A stretch of 64,000 bases of DNA from Candidatus Bathyarchaeota archaeon (GTDB taxonomy: Archaea; Thermoproteota; Bathyarchaeia; Bathyarchaeales; Bathycorpusculaceae), in contig CAWHXY010000004.1 in the NCBI GenBank assembly GCA_963833575.1, forward strand, positions 832,001 through 896,000, in the 5' to 3' direction. Every line of letters starts with the position of its first letter. Position 1 is the first letter of the stretch. The notes beneath the pieces are model-generated. The model was not told where the DNA came from. It saw only the letters and a list, made by a program, of their open reading frames with translations, and searched no databases. Positions 19,149-29,152 of the stretch are shown here, piece after piece. Made by a program: the position numbers and the translations under genes.

Positions 19149-20135
19149 CTAACTATTGCCAACTTGAATAGGCTTTTCCAATCTGCTTAACAAAACCACT
19201 CTGCTTTCTGGCGCTTCATTAATTATCTTATACCCAGTTTTCTCGGATAACTGGAGAGCAAAATCCTTCACTTCCGTATGCATTGGCATACGTTCAAAAC
19301 CTAAACGTAAGTTTGAAAAACCAATGTGCATGTATGCCTTGGTTTCTATGTAGGTAGGATTCGCTTTCTCAATAAGTTTAGCATATTGATCTACATGTTC
19401 CATGTTGTGTTCTTTTACAAGCGTCGTTCGAACTACTGTTGGGCAACGGAAACTCTGCAATAAACATAGTGTCTCGTTTAATTTTGCCCAAGCGCCGGGA
19501 AAGTGAGGACGGCAAACCTGCTTGTACACTTGATCGTTGGGGGCGCACACGGAGATATAAAGTTGGGTAGGTTCTTTGCTAAGTCTTGAAAGTTTGGAGG
19601 GTAAGGTGCCGTTAGAAACAAGAAAAGTCGTTAAACCTTTTCTGGAAAATGTTTGAATTAACTCTCCTAAGGGTTCATAGATTGTCGGTTCGCCTGTTAG
19701 ACTTATGGCAACCTGCTTTGGAATTAGGGCTTCTTGGAATTTACGCCAGTTGGTTTTTGGGTTTCCTTTGTAACCGGTTAAAATTTTTTCTTGGGCTTTG
19801 AAGCAGCCTTCCACAATTTCTTCTGGCGAGTCAATTTTTGGAATTTTCAGCTCGTCCCAAGTCACTTGTAAGTCTCCGCTTTGAGCTCTCCAGCAAAACA
19901 AGCATTCTTGCGTACAATAATACAGAGACGGTGACATTTGGATACATCTATGCGATTTTATTCCGTAAAATTTTTGTTTATAGCAGGCTCTATCATTTAC
20001 TATAGATTCGTAGAGCCACTTGCACCTTTTAACCGCAGAATGATTGCCTACTAAATGGTATTTTTGTTTCTTTAAAGCTCCCGAAAGCACAGTTGCAGTG
20101 GTTTTTTCCAAGGGTTCACCGAACTTGTTAACCAA
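19149..20135 (-). CDS. taw1: 4-demethylwyosine synthase (radical SAM)
   Basis: HSAVKRC.W, CYKQKFYGI.SHRC, CTQECLFCWR, AISLTGEPT, KAYMH.G.S. Confidence 0.95.
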   Translation of the reverse strand: MVNKFGEPLEKTTATVLSGALKKQKYHLVGNHSAVKRCKWLYESIVNDRACYKQKFYGIKSHRCIQMSPSLYYCTQECLFCWRAQSGDLQVTWDELKIPKIDSPEEIVEGCFKAQEKILTGYKGNPKTNWRKFQEALIPKQVAISLTGEPTIYEPLGELIQTFSRKGLTTFLVSNGTLPSKLSRLSKEPTQLYISVCAPNDQVYKQVCRPHFPGAWAKLNETLCLLQSFRCPTVVRTTLVKEHNMEHVDQYAKLIEKANPTYIETKAYMHIGFSNLRLGFERMPMHTEVKDFALQLSEKTGYKIINEAPESRVVLLSRLEKPIQVGNS

Positions 20136-20323
20136 GGAAACCCGATCATTTAAAAACTGTGTGGTATAATGATTGTTTTAATGGGAATAATGTTTATTCT
20201 AACCCGTTTAAGTCAATTTGTGTCTTTATGCAACGATTAAATGGCAAAGTTTAAAATCATCTCTTAGTTAAATCATGAGTCATTACGGAAAAGGATAGGA
20301 ATAAATCGGGAGAGCAGAGCGGT

Positions 20324-22435
20324 TTGAATAATAAAATAGTTACGATCATTCTCTTAGTTATGATGTCATTAGCTATGATGTATATGCCATCAAAACTAGC
20401 CTCTGGTCAATACAATCAGGTATCAATTTTGCAGGTTCAACCTGCAGGTCAAACTCTTAATAACGGATCAAGCACATTGACCGGACCCGTAGGCTATGCG
20501 TTGAATCTTCAAGGGACAATTTACACTTCTAATAGTAGCTATGACGTAATATTTGCCAACCAAGTTGTCGCTAGCGGCACATCTGAGGGATACTACGTAA
20601 ACGCGAATTTCAGTGTGCCTGCAGTTCCAACTGGCACTTATGCACTAAGGCTCAGAGACGTCGTGCTTAACACAAATTCAACTGAAGATGACTTTCAAGT
20701 TACAACATCCTACATCTTAAATGCCCTCCCTTCACAAGTTCAAGAAGGCAGTAGCGTAGTGATCAATGTAGGTGTTACTGGCGGTGCTCCTAGCACCCCC
20801 TATTATGCTAATGTTTCTGTCGTGCTTCCAAGCCCGCTCACCACACAATACTCACAAATAGTATCATTAGGAACAACCAATCAAGCTGGAAGTGCAAGTG
20901 CTCAAGTTACTTATCCGGGAAGTGCCTTCCTACCAAGCGGTTCGGTTACCGATTATTCGGGCACATACTCCCTCAACTTTAATCAGTCGTTGGCCCAAAG
21001 CCAATTTTCAGTAGGTTTTCTCGATTCATCAACATACCATAGAGGTCAAACAGTTACAATACGAGCGGTAGGCTATTCATCGGGTGAAACCGCGACTTTG
21101 AGCGTTACCGGCACCTCAGGTGGTGCCAATCTCGATTCTGAGACGGTAACAGCTGGAACCGATGGCGTTATTAGTAAAGCATGGGTAGTTCCATCCAACG
21201 CTGCAGTTGGAAGTTATAAGGTAACAATAACTCCTCAAGGTACCGCGAAGGGAATAGAAGATTCACAGACTTTTTCAATTAATGGATACGCTATTCAAGT
21301 TAAAACAGTAAACTTGGCTGGTGATGTGGTTCCGCAGATACAAGTTCAAGCCATTGATGGACCAACCAATACACCATATAATAGCACAAGTGCAGCAAAC
21401 GGCATCGCAAGTCTAAACCTTGAATCAGGAACCGATGTTTTGAACGCATTTAAAAACGGCGTTAACATTGGAACAACCAACATAACAGTTACCGGCAATG
21501 CAACGTTCACTTTTCAATGCCAATTAACCAATCTCAAGATTGAAGTCCAGAACCAAAACAGCATTGCAATGCCATTCGTTGACTTAGCCATTACATATCA
21601 ATTTCAACCAGCAGCTGGAGGTTCCCAAACTGGAAGTGCTTCCGGGCAGACAGATTCCACGGGCGTCTTCATCTTAAACTCTACTCTAACGGGAGTAAGT
21701 TACACAATAAACGCTTCATTATATGACAAAGTTTTCAATTCAGGTAACAACACATTTAACAATATTCCAGCACAACCAATTACAACCGTAGTCATAACTT
21801 GTCCAAACGAAACTGTGTCTCTTAATGTAGTCGGTTACAACCAAGAAGCAGTCCCTAATGCACGAATAGAACTAGTTGAATTAACAAATGGCATATTCTA
21901 CGCAGCAACAACAGATACTTCAGGCTCAGTAACAAGCCAAGTTAGCTTTGGAATGTATCGAGCAAGATTCTACAAAGATAATATTCTAATTAACCAAACA
22001 GACATCTCAGTGTTCAGTAACACTCAAACGCGAGTAGTTTGCAGTCTTTACGGAATTCAAGTTTCAGTACGAGTTGTTGACTTTTTCGGTAGCCCAATTT
22101 CAAACGCTAACGTGACATTAAATGGGCCAGCAACAGAGCGGTTCTCTGCTATGACTAAAAGTGATGGAACTGCAACCTTCAGTAATGTTGTTGGCGGCGA
22201 TATGCAAGTAGTAGCTTTTGCTTCAAGCGGACAAAATGATTATCAAGCCTTAACGCTAACCGTCGATCAGCCAACCACAGTTCAACTAAAAATCGATAGA
22301 TACGTTGCTCTTGGGTCTCTTTTGATTCCTGTAAGTTCATTGATTGCTGTTCTGGTCATTTTGATGGGCATAATCTTGTTGGTCATTGTGGAAGTCTATA
22401 TGCGAAAAAGAAGTAAACATACTTCTGGAAGCTAA
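20324..22435 (+). CDS. Secreted, C-terminally anchored surface protein with Ig-like/carboxypeptidase-regulatory-like repeats
   Basis: N-terminal signal peptide, S/T/N-rich beta repeats (T...G.A), many NxS/T sequons, C-terminal TM followed by RKR. Confidence 0.8.
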   Translation: MNNKIVTIILLVMMSLAMMYMPSKLASGQYNQVSILQVQPAGQTLNNGSSTLTGPVGYALNLQGTIYTSNSSYDVIFANQVVASGTSEGYYVNANFSVPAVPTGTYALRLRDVVLNTNSTEDDFQVTTSYILNALPSQVQEGSSVVINVGVTGGAPSTPYYANVSVVLPSPLTTQYSQIVSLGTTNQAGSASAQVTYPGSAFLPSGSVTDYSGTYSLNFNQSLAQSQFSVGFLDSSTYHRGQTVTIRAVGYSSGETATLSVTGTSGGANLDSETVTAGTDGVISKAWVVPSNAAVGSYKVTITPQGTAKGIEDSQTFSINGYAIQVKTVNLAGDVVPQIQVQAIDGPTNTPYNSTSAANGIASLNLESGTDVLNAFKNGVNIGTTNITVTGNATFTFQCQLTNLKIEVQNQNSIAMPFVDLAITYQFQPAAGGSQTGSASGQTDSTGVFILNSTLTGVSYTINASLYDKVFNSGNNTFNNIPAQPITTVVITCPNETVSLNVVGYNQEAVPNARIELVELTNGIFYAATTDTSGSVTSQVSFGMYRARFYKDNILINQTDISVFSNTQTRVVCSLYGIQVSVRVVDFFGSPISNANVTLNGPATERFSAMTKSDGTATFSNVVGGDMQVVAFASSGQNDYQALTLTVDQPTTVQLKIDRYVALGSLLIPVSSLIAVLVILMGIILLVIVEVYMRKRSKHTSGS

Positions 22436-22547
22436 GAAATGCAATTTCCCCCTTATTAGGAAAAAAGTTTATATTGTTATCAATGAACATAGAGAAAATA
22501 CAAGGACAAACAACTAAGATTTTGATTTGACACTTGAGGTGTATCTA

Positions 22548-22838
22548 TTGGATCAATCAAAAGCTTGCTCTCCAAACTGCAGCTCTTTTAAATGCGCCCA
22601 AAACAATGTTTTCTACCGTAGAGACTCTATAGGGTGTAGATTAACAGAGGAAAAGTGCGACATTGCCAACTGCACATATTCAATGTGCATGAAACGACGA
22701 TTGCTACCTGGAGGAGTTTGCGGTGAAACAGTCAAACGCAAAACTGTTGAAAAAGACGTTGACGACGATTTATTAGGTGAATCGATAAGGATTAAAGGTA
22801 AAGCACTGCGGAAACTCGGAGACAAGGAAATCTATTAA
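22548..22838 (+). CDS. Small Cys-rich hypothetical protein
   Basis: Eight Cys; GAGGTG RBS before a TTG at 22548. Confidence 0.7.
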   Translation: MDQSKACSPNCSSFKCAQNNVFYRRDSIGCRLTEEKCDIANCTYSMCMKRRLLPGGVCGETVKRKTVEKDVDDDLLGESIRIKGKALRKLGDKEIY

Positions 22839-22868
22839 AAAATTGGTTTGAAAAAATCAAAAATAAGT

Positions 22869-22891
22869 TACTCGTAAAAGAATAACGAGTA
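22869..22891. terminator. Inverted repeat between convergent genes
   Basis: TACTCGT-N9-ACGAGTA. Confidence 0.4.
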
Positions 22892-22899
22892 TCCCTTTC

Positions 22900-23061
22900 T
22901 TATTTTGATTGAACACGTTTTACTACTGGCGGCTTAACTTTCTTTAGAATCCTATAACCGCAAATGATACATTTTGTTTCTCCGCCGCGTAGCTCTAGTT
23001 CTTCAGATGGCACTCTTGCCCCGCATCTCATGCATTCGTAAACAATTCCTGACTTTTCCAT
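22900..23061 (-). CDS. rpoP: RNA polymerase subunit Rpo12 (RpoP)
   Basis: Not in ORF track. Manual translation MEKSGIVYECMRCGARVPSEELELRGGETKCIICGYRILKKVKPPVVKRVQSK. Confidence 0.9.
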   Translation of the reverse strand: MEKSGIVYECMRCGARVPSEELELRGGETKCIICGYRILKKVKPPVVKRVQSK

Positions 23062-23142
23062 TAGAAACGCCTCTTCCTACAAAGAAAAGTATTTTGCTTT
23101 TAAACATTTCCAATACTTACCCATTTAATGAGGATATGTTAG

Positions 23143-24009
23143 TTGACTAAACGCTTTCGCGAAAAGCTTTCAATGTCCCTTGATCCTGAAGAGTTAGCTA
23201 AAGTATACGCTTCCTTTGACATAGTTGGCGATATTGCAATTATTAAAACTCCAAACAACGACAATGTTAACGCAAAAACTGTAGCTACCCAAATAATGGC
23301 TACGCACAGGGGGGTAAAAACAGTTCTTTTACAAACTAGCCCTGTCTTAGGCAATTTTAGAATCCGAAAACTAAACCTGTTGATTGGGGAAAATAAAACA
23401 AATACTATATACAAAGAAAGTGGCTGCGTTTTTGTAGTTGATGTGGAGAAATGTTATTTTTCACCTCGGCTTTTGAATGAACGATCAAGGATTGCACGCT
23501 TGGTTTCGTCGGGCGAGACAATTGTTAACATGTTTGCAGGTGTAGGGTGTTTCAGTATAATAATCGCCAAGAACGTAAATCAAGCTAAGGTTTTTTCAAT
23601 TGACATTAATCCAGTAGCGGTTCAATGTATGAGTGAGAACATTAGAATTAACAGAGTTTTCGGTAAAGTGATTCCTTTGCTCGGCGACTCAAAGGAAATA
23701 ATCCAATCCCAAATGACTGGTATGGCTGACCGTGTTTTGATGCCTCTACCTGAAAAAGCTCTCGAATATTTGCCTTATGCACTTTCTGCACTTAAAAAAG
23801 AAGGAGGTTGGATCCACTACTACGATTTCCAACACGCGATTGGACTGGAAAATCCAGTCGAAAAAACCAAGAGGAAGGTCGCAGATCAGCTTGATAACAA
23901 AGGCGTAGCTTATACTTTTGCTTTTTCACGCGTAGTGCGTAGTACAGGTCCTAACTGGTACCAGACCGTTTTAGATATACATGTTAATTCGATGCCAAGT
24001 AAGTTTTAA
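23143..24009 (+). CDS. Trm5/Taw2-family SAM-dependent tRNA methyltransferase
   Basis: FDIVGDIAII, YKESGC.F.VD, YFSPRL..ER, NMFAGVG, DINP, DRVLMPLP. Confidence 0.85.
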   Translation: MTKRFREKLSMSLDPEELAKVYASFDIVGDIAIIKTPNNDNVNAKTVATQIMATHRGVKTVLLQTSPVLGNFRIRKLNLLIGENKTNTIYKESGCVFVVDVEKCYFSPRLLNERSRIARLVSSGETIVNMFAGVGCFSIIIAKNVNQAKVFSIDINPVAVQCMSENIRINRVFGKVIPLLGDSKEIIQSQMTGMADRVLMPLPEKALEYLPYALSALKKEGGWIHYYDFQHAIGLENPVEKTKRKVADQLDNKGVAYTFAFSRVVRSTGPNWYQTVLDIHVNSMPSKF

Positions 24010-24045
24010 TAACTCAGCCTTTAACTAATTAATCCGTGAAAAATA

Positions 24046-24315
24046 ATGAAGCGGAAATTGATGGAAATTTTAGCTTGCCCAATTGATAAGTATCACCCTC
24101 TTGAACTACATGTTTTTGAAGAAAAAGACGAAATAACGGAGGGCTTAATCGTATGCCCGAAATGTTTACGTTGGTATCCAATAAGAGATGAAATTCCAGA
24201 AATGCTACCTGATGAATTGCGAAAGGAAGCAGATGATCTGCCATTTTTGAAGAAATGGAAGGCAAAAGTTCCAGAAAAAATAGTGACTGAAGGAAAACCT
24301 TTCAACCTAAAATAG
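24046..24315 (+). CDS. trm112: Trm112-family methyltransferase activator
   Basis: LMEILACPIDK..PL, EGLIVCPKC.RWYPI.DEIP.MLPD. Confidence 0.9.
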   Translation: MKRKLMEILACPIDKYHPLELHVFEEKDEITEGLIVCPKCLRWYPIRDEIPEMLPDELRKEADDLPFLKKWKAKVPEKIVTEGKPFNLK

Positions 24316-24318
24316 TCT

Positions 24319-25269
24319 CTATTTTTCTAAGCTGATTGCTCTATTTTTAGCTGAAGATTGCATTGCTGCTTGAGCAACTTCTAATGCTTTTAAACCGTCT
24401 TCTCCAGTTATGAGTGGCTTTTTCTTTTCCTGTATGCATTCTGCAAAATGTTGAAGTTCACATTTTAGTGGTTCTTGGAATGGATATCTAGGTTGTACGC
24501 TTTCTTTTTGCTGCTCAATCCATAGATCTTGAGTTATGTAATCTAATCTCATTATGGCTTCTGATCCTGTGACGGTTAGTGTTCTTGTTTTGTAGGGTGT
24601 TAGCCAGTTAGATTCAATGAAAGCGCTTTCTCCACTTTTGTATGTTAGCATTATGTGTGCGTAATCCTCGAATTTTCGGTGCTTCATGTTTCCCATTTTT
24701 GCGTAAACGGTAATTGGGTCTTGTTTGGATATGAACCGCATAACGTCTATGTCGTGAATTGCTGTGTCTTTTACTACTCCAACGTCTCCAATTCGTTCAG
24801 GCCACTGGGAAACACGTTTTGCGTTTGCACATACTAACTGACCGATTTTTTTGCTTTCTACTGCGTCTCGAATACTTTGTAATCCAGGTATAAACCTCAT
24901 CAAGAAACCGACAGTTAATACAAGACCATTCTGTTCTGCGGTTTCACAGAGTTTTTGAGCCTGCTTTGTGTTTGTGGCCATGGGTTTTTCAACCAGAACA
25001 TGTTTTCCTGCTCTAAGTCCTTTGAGCGCTTCCTTGGCGAGAACCGTTGACCAAGTGCACACGCTTATGGCTTCTATTTCTTTATTTTTCAGCATTCGAG
25101 CACTATTAGTATATGCTTTTACGCCAAACTGGCCAGCGACAGTTTTGGCTCTTTCTGAATCAACATCACAAATAGCAACTAATTCAGTTCCGGGCAGTTC
25201 CTTGTATACTCTTGCGTGATTTTTCCCCCAAAAACCTGTACCAATAACTGCTACTCCGAGTTTCTTCAA
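24319..25269 (-). CDS. Gfo/Idh/MocA oxidoreductase (WlbA-like UDP-sugar 3-dehydrogenase)
   Basis: IGTGFWG, VEKP, DVGVVKD.AIHDID. Confidence 0.85.
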   Translation of the reverse strand: MKKLGVAVIGTGFWGKNHARVYKELPGTELVAICDVDSERAKTVAGQFGVKAYTNSARMLKNKEIEAISVCTWSTVLAKEALKGLRAGKHVLVEKPMATNTKQAQKLCETAEQNGLVLTVGFLMRFIPGLQSIRDAVESKKIGQLVCANAKRVSQWPERIGDVGVVKDTAIHDIDVMRFISKQDPITVYAKMGNMKHRKFEDYAHIMLTYKSGESAFIESNWLTPYKTRTLTVTGSEAIMRLDYITQDLWIEQQKESVQPRYPFQEPLKCELQHFAECIQEKKKPLITGEDGLKALEVAQAAMQSSAKNRAISLEK

Positions 25270-26585
25270 TGCTGCTCTTTACCTCTTCCCAATCCACGAT
25301 ATATGAAGCCTTCTGCTTCCACTTTTTTTGGCTCAAACGCACCTGCTAAATCTACAAGAACGGAAGGTGTTTTCGTTAATGCTTTAAGCTTCTTGAGGTT
25401 TAAGTTTCTAAACTGGTCTTCTGCTGTGACTATTACTATACAATCGGTGCCTTCAACCGCCTCATTGAGGTTAGTTTTTACCACTCCTAGATCCAACACA
25501 TCTTTTTTTGATAAGGGATCATAAAGGCTGGGTTTAGCGCCCTTTAACTGCAACATTTTAACAAAAACGCCAGTTGTCTCATTGGCTGTGCCTAAAATGG
25601 CAACTCTTGCTCTCCTCAACGTTTTATTACAGCTTCGCAGGGCATCTTGTGTTAAATTAACTGCATGTTTAACCATATCTTCGTTTATCTGCCTAGCCAA
25701 TGCTGGAAGTCTAAGCTTAACGCTAATATTGTCTGCACCGTCTAATAGCAGATACGCTTCGTTTCTGTTCCCTTGATCAATAGTTGTGGGTAAAAAACTC
25801 GCATCATTAAAATCTAGAAACTTTAGAACTTCAAAATAGTCGATGCAGGCGCTTTCACAGAAAACCGCCAGCTCATTGGCTAACGCGGTGTTTGTATCCT
25901 GTTTTGCAATTGCAAAAAGGGTTGCTATTTCCGCAGTTTTTACATCGCTTACTTGCTTTACTTTCTTAGCTATTGTCTCTAGAACATTTGTTGCGGAATC
26001 TATATTGCTTTTTCCGATTGGAGCGATCTTAAACTCCATGTTGACCAATTGCTTTGGATTTTGCATCGGAACATAAGCTAAATCGACTTCTTGTCCAATC
26101 TTCAGACCGGATGTGTTCTCTATTGTTTGTTTTACTATGTCTTCGTTAAACCCGAAGCCTGCAACATTAGAGATGACAACTAACATGCCACTGTGAATTG
26201 CCGATGCAACTTGTTTGCAAGCGTTCACTGCTTCCGTGTAATCAATTTTTTTCTGGTCGTCAATTTTTGCGCCTGTAGTAATAATTATTATGTCGCTTTG
26301 TGAAACCATTTTTTTTAATTCGCTTGTTACGTTTAATTTTCCTGAATTGATTAGGCCTCTTAGTTTGTTTTCAGCTTCTTGTCCCGCGAAAGGTGCTTTA
26401 CCTTTTGCAACTTTTTTTATTACGCTTAACTCGGCGTCTGAACATGCAACTTTGAAGCCTGCATGAGCAAACTCAATAGCTAGCCAGATTCCTCTTTGCC
26501 TGCATCCAATAACACCTATCGTATATTTTGAACGTTTTTCAGCACTGTCAACGTCTTCTGGCTTTATGTTTAGGACTTCAGGCAC
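25266..26585 (-). CDS. Nucleotide-sugar dehydrogenase-family protein with degenerate catalytic motifs
   Basis: Overall UDP-Glc/ManNAc dehydrogenase layout (NIALANEL-like, ARQINE.M, D.IVIVT...F, F.YRGLGRG), but GxGxxG, the catalytic Lys and GGxC are absent. Confidence 0.75.
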   Translation of the reverse strand: MPEVLNIKPEDVDSAEKRSKYTIGVIGCRQRGIWLAIEFAHAGFKVACSDAELSVIKKVAKGKAPFAGQEAENKLRGLINSGKLNVTSELKKMVSQSDIIIITTGAKIDDQKKIDYTEAVNACKQVASAIHSGMLVVISNVAGFGFNEDIVKQTIENTSGLKIGQEVDLAYVPMQNPKQLVNMEFKIAPIGKSNIDSATNVLETIAKKVKQVSDVKTAEIATLFAIAKQDTNTALANELAVFCESACIDYFEVLKFLDFNDASFLPTTIDQGNRNEAYLLLDGADNISVKLRLPALARQINEDMVKHAVNLTQDALRSCNKTLRRARVAILGTANETTGVFVKMLQLKGAKPSLYDPLSKKDVLDLGVVKTNLNEAVEGTDCIVIVTAEDQFRNLNLKKLKALTKTPSVLVDLAGAFEPKKVEAEGFIYRGLGRGKEQH

Positions 26586-26613
26586 AGAATGGATTCTCCG
26601 ATTGTTGAATCTG

Positions 26614-27984
26614 CTATTGCAAGGTTTTGAGGCTTTTTTGAAGCATCAGAGTGTAATCCTTGACTAGCTTTAAGGCTTTTTCTTGGTTTTTTGCCTCAGC
26701 ATATAACCTAAACACTGGTTCTGTCCCGCTTGGTCTAATAAGTATGGCACTGTTATCGCTGAACCAAATTTTTACGCCGTCAAGCGTGTTAATGTTTTCG
26801 CCTTTCACTTGCTCAACGATTTTTTTAAGCAATGGTTCTTTTTTCTCGTCGGGGCACTCGATTTTCCCCTTCTCAATGAAATATTGCGGTTGCTCAGCCA
26901 CTAGAGCAGAAAGCTTCTTTCCAGTTTGAGCCATTATGTCAAGAAGCAAAGCAGTTGTCATTGCGCCATCTCTAACTGCTTGGTGGGGACCGTAAAAAAT
27001 TCCACCGTTTTCTTCTCCACCCAGTTTAGCATCTAGCTCTTTCATCTTCTGTGAAACGGTGACGCTTCCAACTTTGGTCCAAATTAGCTCGCCTTTGTAG
27101 GCTTGTACAGTGTCTTTGATTAATGTCGAGGAGCTTACAGGTGTGATTATTTTTGCTCCTGAGTTTTTGGTTAGGAATTGTTTTATGACCACGGCAAAGG
27201 TTTTGTCGCCCCAGTAGATGGTGCCGTTTTCGTCTGTGAAGATTGAGCGATCAGCGTCGCCGTCAAAAGCTACTCCCATATCTGCGCCGATTGCTTTCAC
27301 AATTGAAGATAAATCTGTGAGGCTTTCAGGTCTAGGCTCAGGAAGTCTTCCGGGAAAAGTGCCATCAATGTTAGCGTTAATAGTTGTTATCTTACAGCCA
27401 AGTTCCCTTAGCAAGGGAGGCGCAGTGAGACCGCCCACGCTATTCGCTGCATCTACGACAACATGGAAGTGCTTTTCAGCAATTTTCTTTATATTTACAT
27501 GTTTTTTTATGGCTTGGATATATTCATCGTTAATTGCTGATAAATCACGTACTGTTCCAAGCTGATCCCATTGTGCAAAAACTAGTTTGTTATCAAAGTA
27601 AATATTTTCTATTTCTGTTTCTTGCTCGTGTGAAGTTTCAATTCCGTCGCTCCAAATGACTTTAATGCCATTATATTCTGGTGGGTTATGTGAAGCTGTT
27701 ATTATTACTCCGCCATCCATTTTGTGATTCTTAACAGCAAATTGCAGGGCTGGTGTTGGAGCCATACCAGCGAAAAACACGTTGCACCCAGTTGCTGTTA
27801 AACCTGAAATTACTGCTTTAGCAAGCATGTTTCCGCTTGTTCTAGCGTCAAATCCTAAAAGTAGATTTTTTCTTCCAAAAAAAGTTCCAATTGCACAGCC
27901 TACTTTTATGGCCATTTCAGGTGTTAATTCTATGTTAACTAATCCCCGTATTCCGTTTGTTCCGAAAAGCTTTCTTTCGCTCAT
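26614..27984 (-). CDS. glmM: Phosphoglucosamine mutase / phosphohexomutase
   Basis: FGTNGIRG, TASHNP, FDGDADR, GGEENGG, RPSGTEP. Confidence 0.9.
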   Translation of the reverse strand: MSERKLFGTNGIRGLVNIELTPEMAIKVGCAIGTFFGRKNLLLGFDARTSGNMLAKAVISGLTATGCNVFFAGMAPTPALQFAVKNHKMDGGVIITASHNPPEYNGIKVIWSDGIETSHEQETEIENIYFDNKLVFAQWDQLGTVRDLSAINDEYIQAIKKHVNIKKIAEKHFHVVVDAANSVGGLTAPPLLRELGCKITTINANIDGTFPGRLPEPRPESLTDLSSIVKAIGADMGVAFDGDADRSIFTDENGTIYWGDKTFAVVIKQFLTKNSGAKIITPVSSSTLIKDTVQAYKGELIWTKVGSVTVSQKMKELDAKLGGEENGGIFYGPHQAVRDGAMTTALLLDIMAQTGKKLSALVAEQPQYFIEKGKIECPDEKKEPLLKKIVEQVKGENINTLDGVKIWFSDNSAILIRPSGTEPVFRLYAEAKNQEKALKLVKDYTLMLQKSLKTLQ

Positions 27985-28004
27985 AAATTTCACTTCATTG
28001 CTAT

Positions 28005-29096
28005 CTAACAGTGAATCTTGGGTTTTAAAACGTTTTCAGCCACTTCTTTACCTGGACAGATCTTGCCTGAAAGTTCGAGATTGTCTCTAACTTTTGCGTA
28101 GTCAGCAATTATGCAGTCACTGCAAATTTTCACATTTTTTCCAATACTTGCTGCCTCGCCAATTATTGCTCCCTCGATTGATACGCAATCGTCTATTGTT
28201 ACATCTGCAAAGATTACGGAATTGCTTATTTGTGCATTTTTGCCGACCTTAACATTTTTTCCCAAAATGGCATAAGGCCCAATAACCGACTTTTCCCCAA
28301 CAGAAACCCCTCTATCGAGGGCAACTGGGTTTCTTAACTCAAAGTTTTTTCCTTTTTTCAATTTGGTATTTTTGTTTAGTGAATCAAGTATTATTCTGTT
28401 TGTCTCTAGGTACTCTTCTGGTCTACCTATATCCATCCATAAGCCATTAGTGATGTAACCGGAGAGTTTACCTTCTTCGGCAAGTTTAGGGAAAACTTCT
28501 CGTTCCACTGAAACTGCTTTTCTAGAAGGAATATAATCGAAGACTTTAGGGCTTAGAACGTAAACACCTGCATTAATGAGGTTACTTGGAGCTTGGTCTT
28601 TGGGTGGTTTTTCGATGAATCGTTTTATGCAGTTGCCATTTCCCATTTCAGCCACCCCATATCTTGAAGGATCGTTAACCTTGCAGAGGGCAATTGTTGC
28701 TAAAGCGTTCGATTTTAAATGTACATTTAGCAACTCTTTGATGCTTAGTTGTGCAAAAATGTCGCCGTTCAAAACAATGAATGGATCATTGTTTCCAATC
28801 AACTTTTCAGCTTTTTTTACTGGTCCTGCAGTTCCCAGAGGTGTTTTGGACGGATCAATCGAAAACTTTATTTTCAAACCGTGCCTGCGGAGACGTTGCT
28901 GTCTTATGTGAAATTGTGTTAATGCATTAACTGCCAATATAGCTTCATTAACGCCATTGTTGGATAATCCTTCAAGAATCCATTCCAGCAAGGGTTTGTT
29001 AACTATTGGAAAAAGAGTCTTAGGTCGAGCGCAACTTAGTGGTCTGAGCCTTGTTGCGAAGCCTCCTGCTAAGATTACTGCTTTCAGTTGTGACAC
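28005..29096 (-). CDS. NDP-sugar pyrophosphorylase (mannose-1-P guanylyltransferase-like) with left-handed beta-helix
   Basis: LAGGFATRLRPL, LGTAG, NGD, EKP, WMDIG; hexapeptide tail. Confidence 0.9.
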   Translation of the reverse strand: MSQLKAVILAGGFATRLRPLSCARPKTLFPIVNKPLLEWILEGLSNNGVNEAILAVNALTQFHIRQQRLRRHGLKIKFSIDPSKTPLGTAGPVKKAEKLIGNNDPFIVLNGDIFAQLSIKELLNVHLKSNALATIALCKVNDPSRYGVAEMGNGNCIKRFIEKPPKDQAPSNLINAGVYVLSPKVFDYIPSRKAVSVEREVFPKLAEEGKLSGYITNGLWMDIGRPEEYLETNRIILDSLNKNTKLKKGKNFELRNPVALDRGVSVGEKSVIGPYAILGKNVKVGKNAQISNSVIFADVTIDDCVSIEGAIIGEAASIGKNVKICSDCIIADYAKVRDNLELSGKICPGKEVAENVLKPKIHC

Positions 29097-29152
29097 CTTG
29101 TTTTGGGGTAATGTATTGGTTCTTTTTTACTTAAACAGTTTTGGGAACTATT

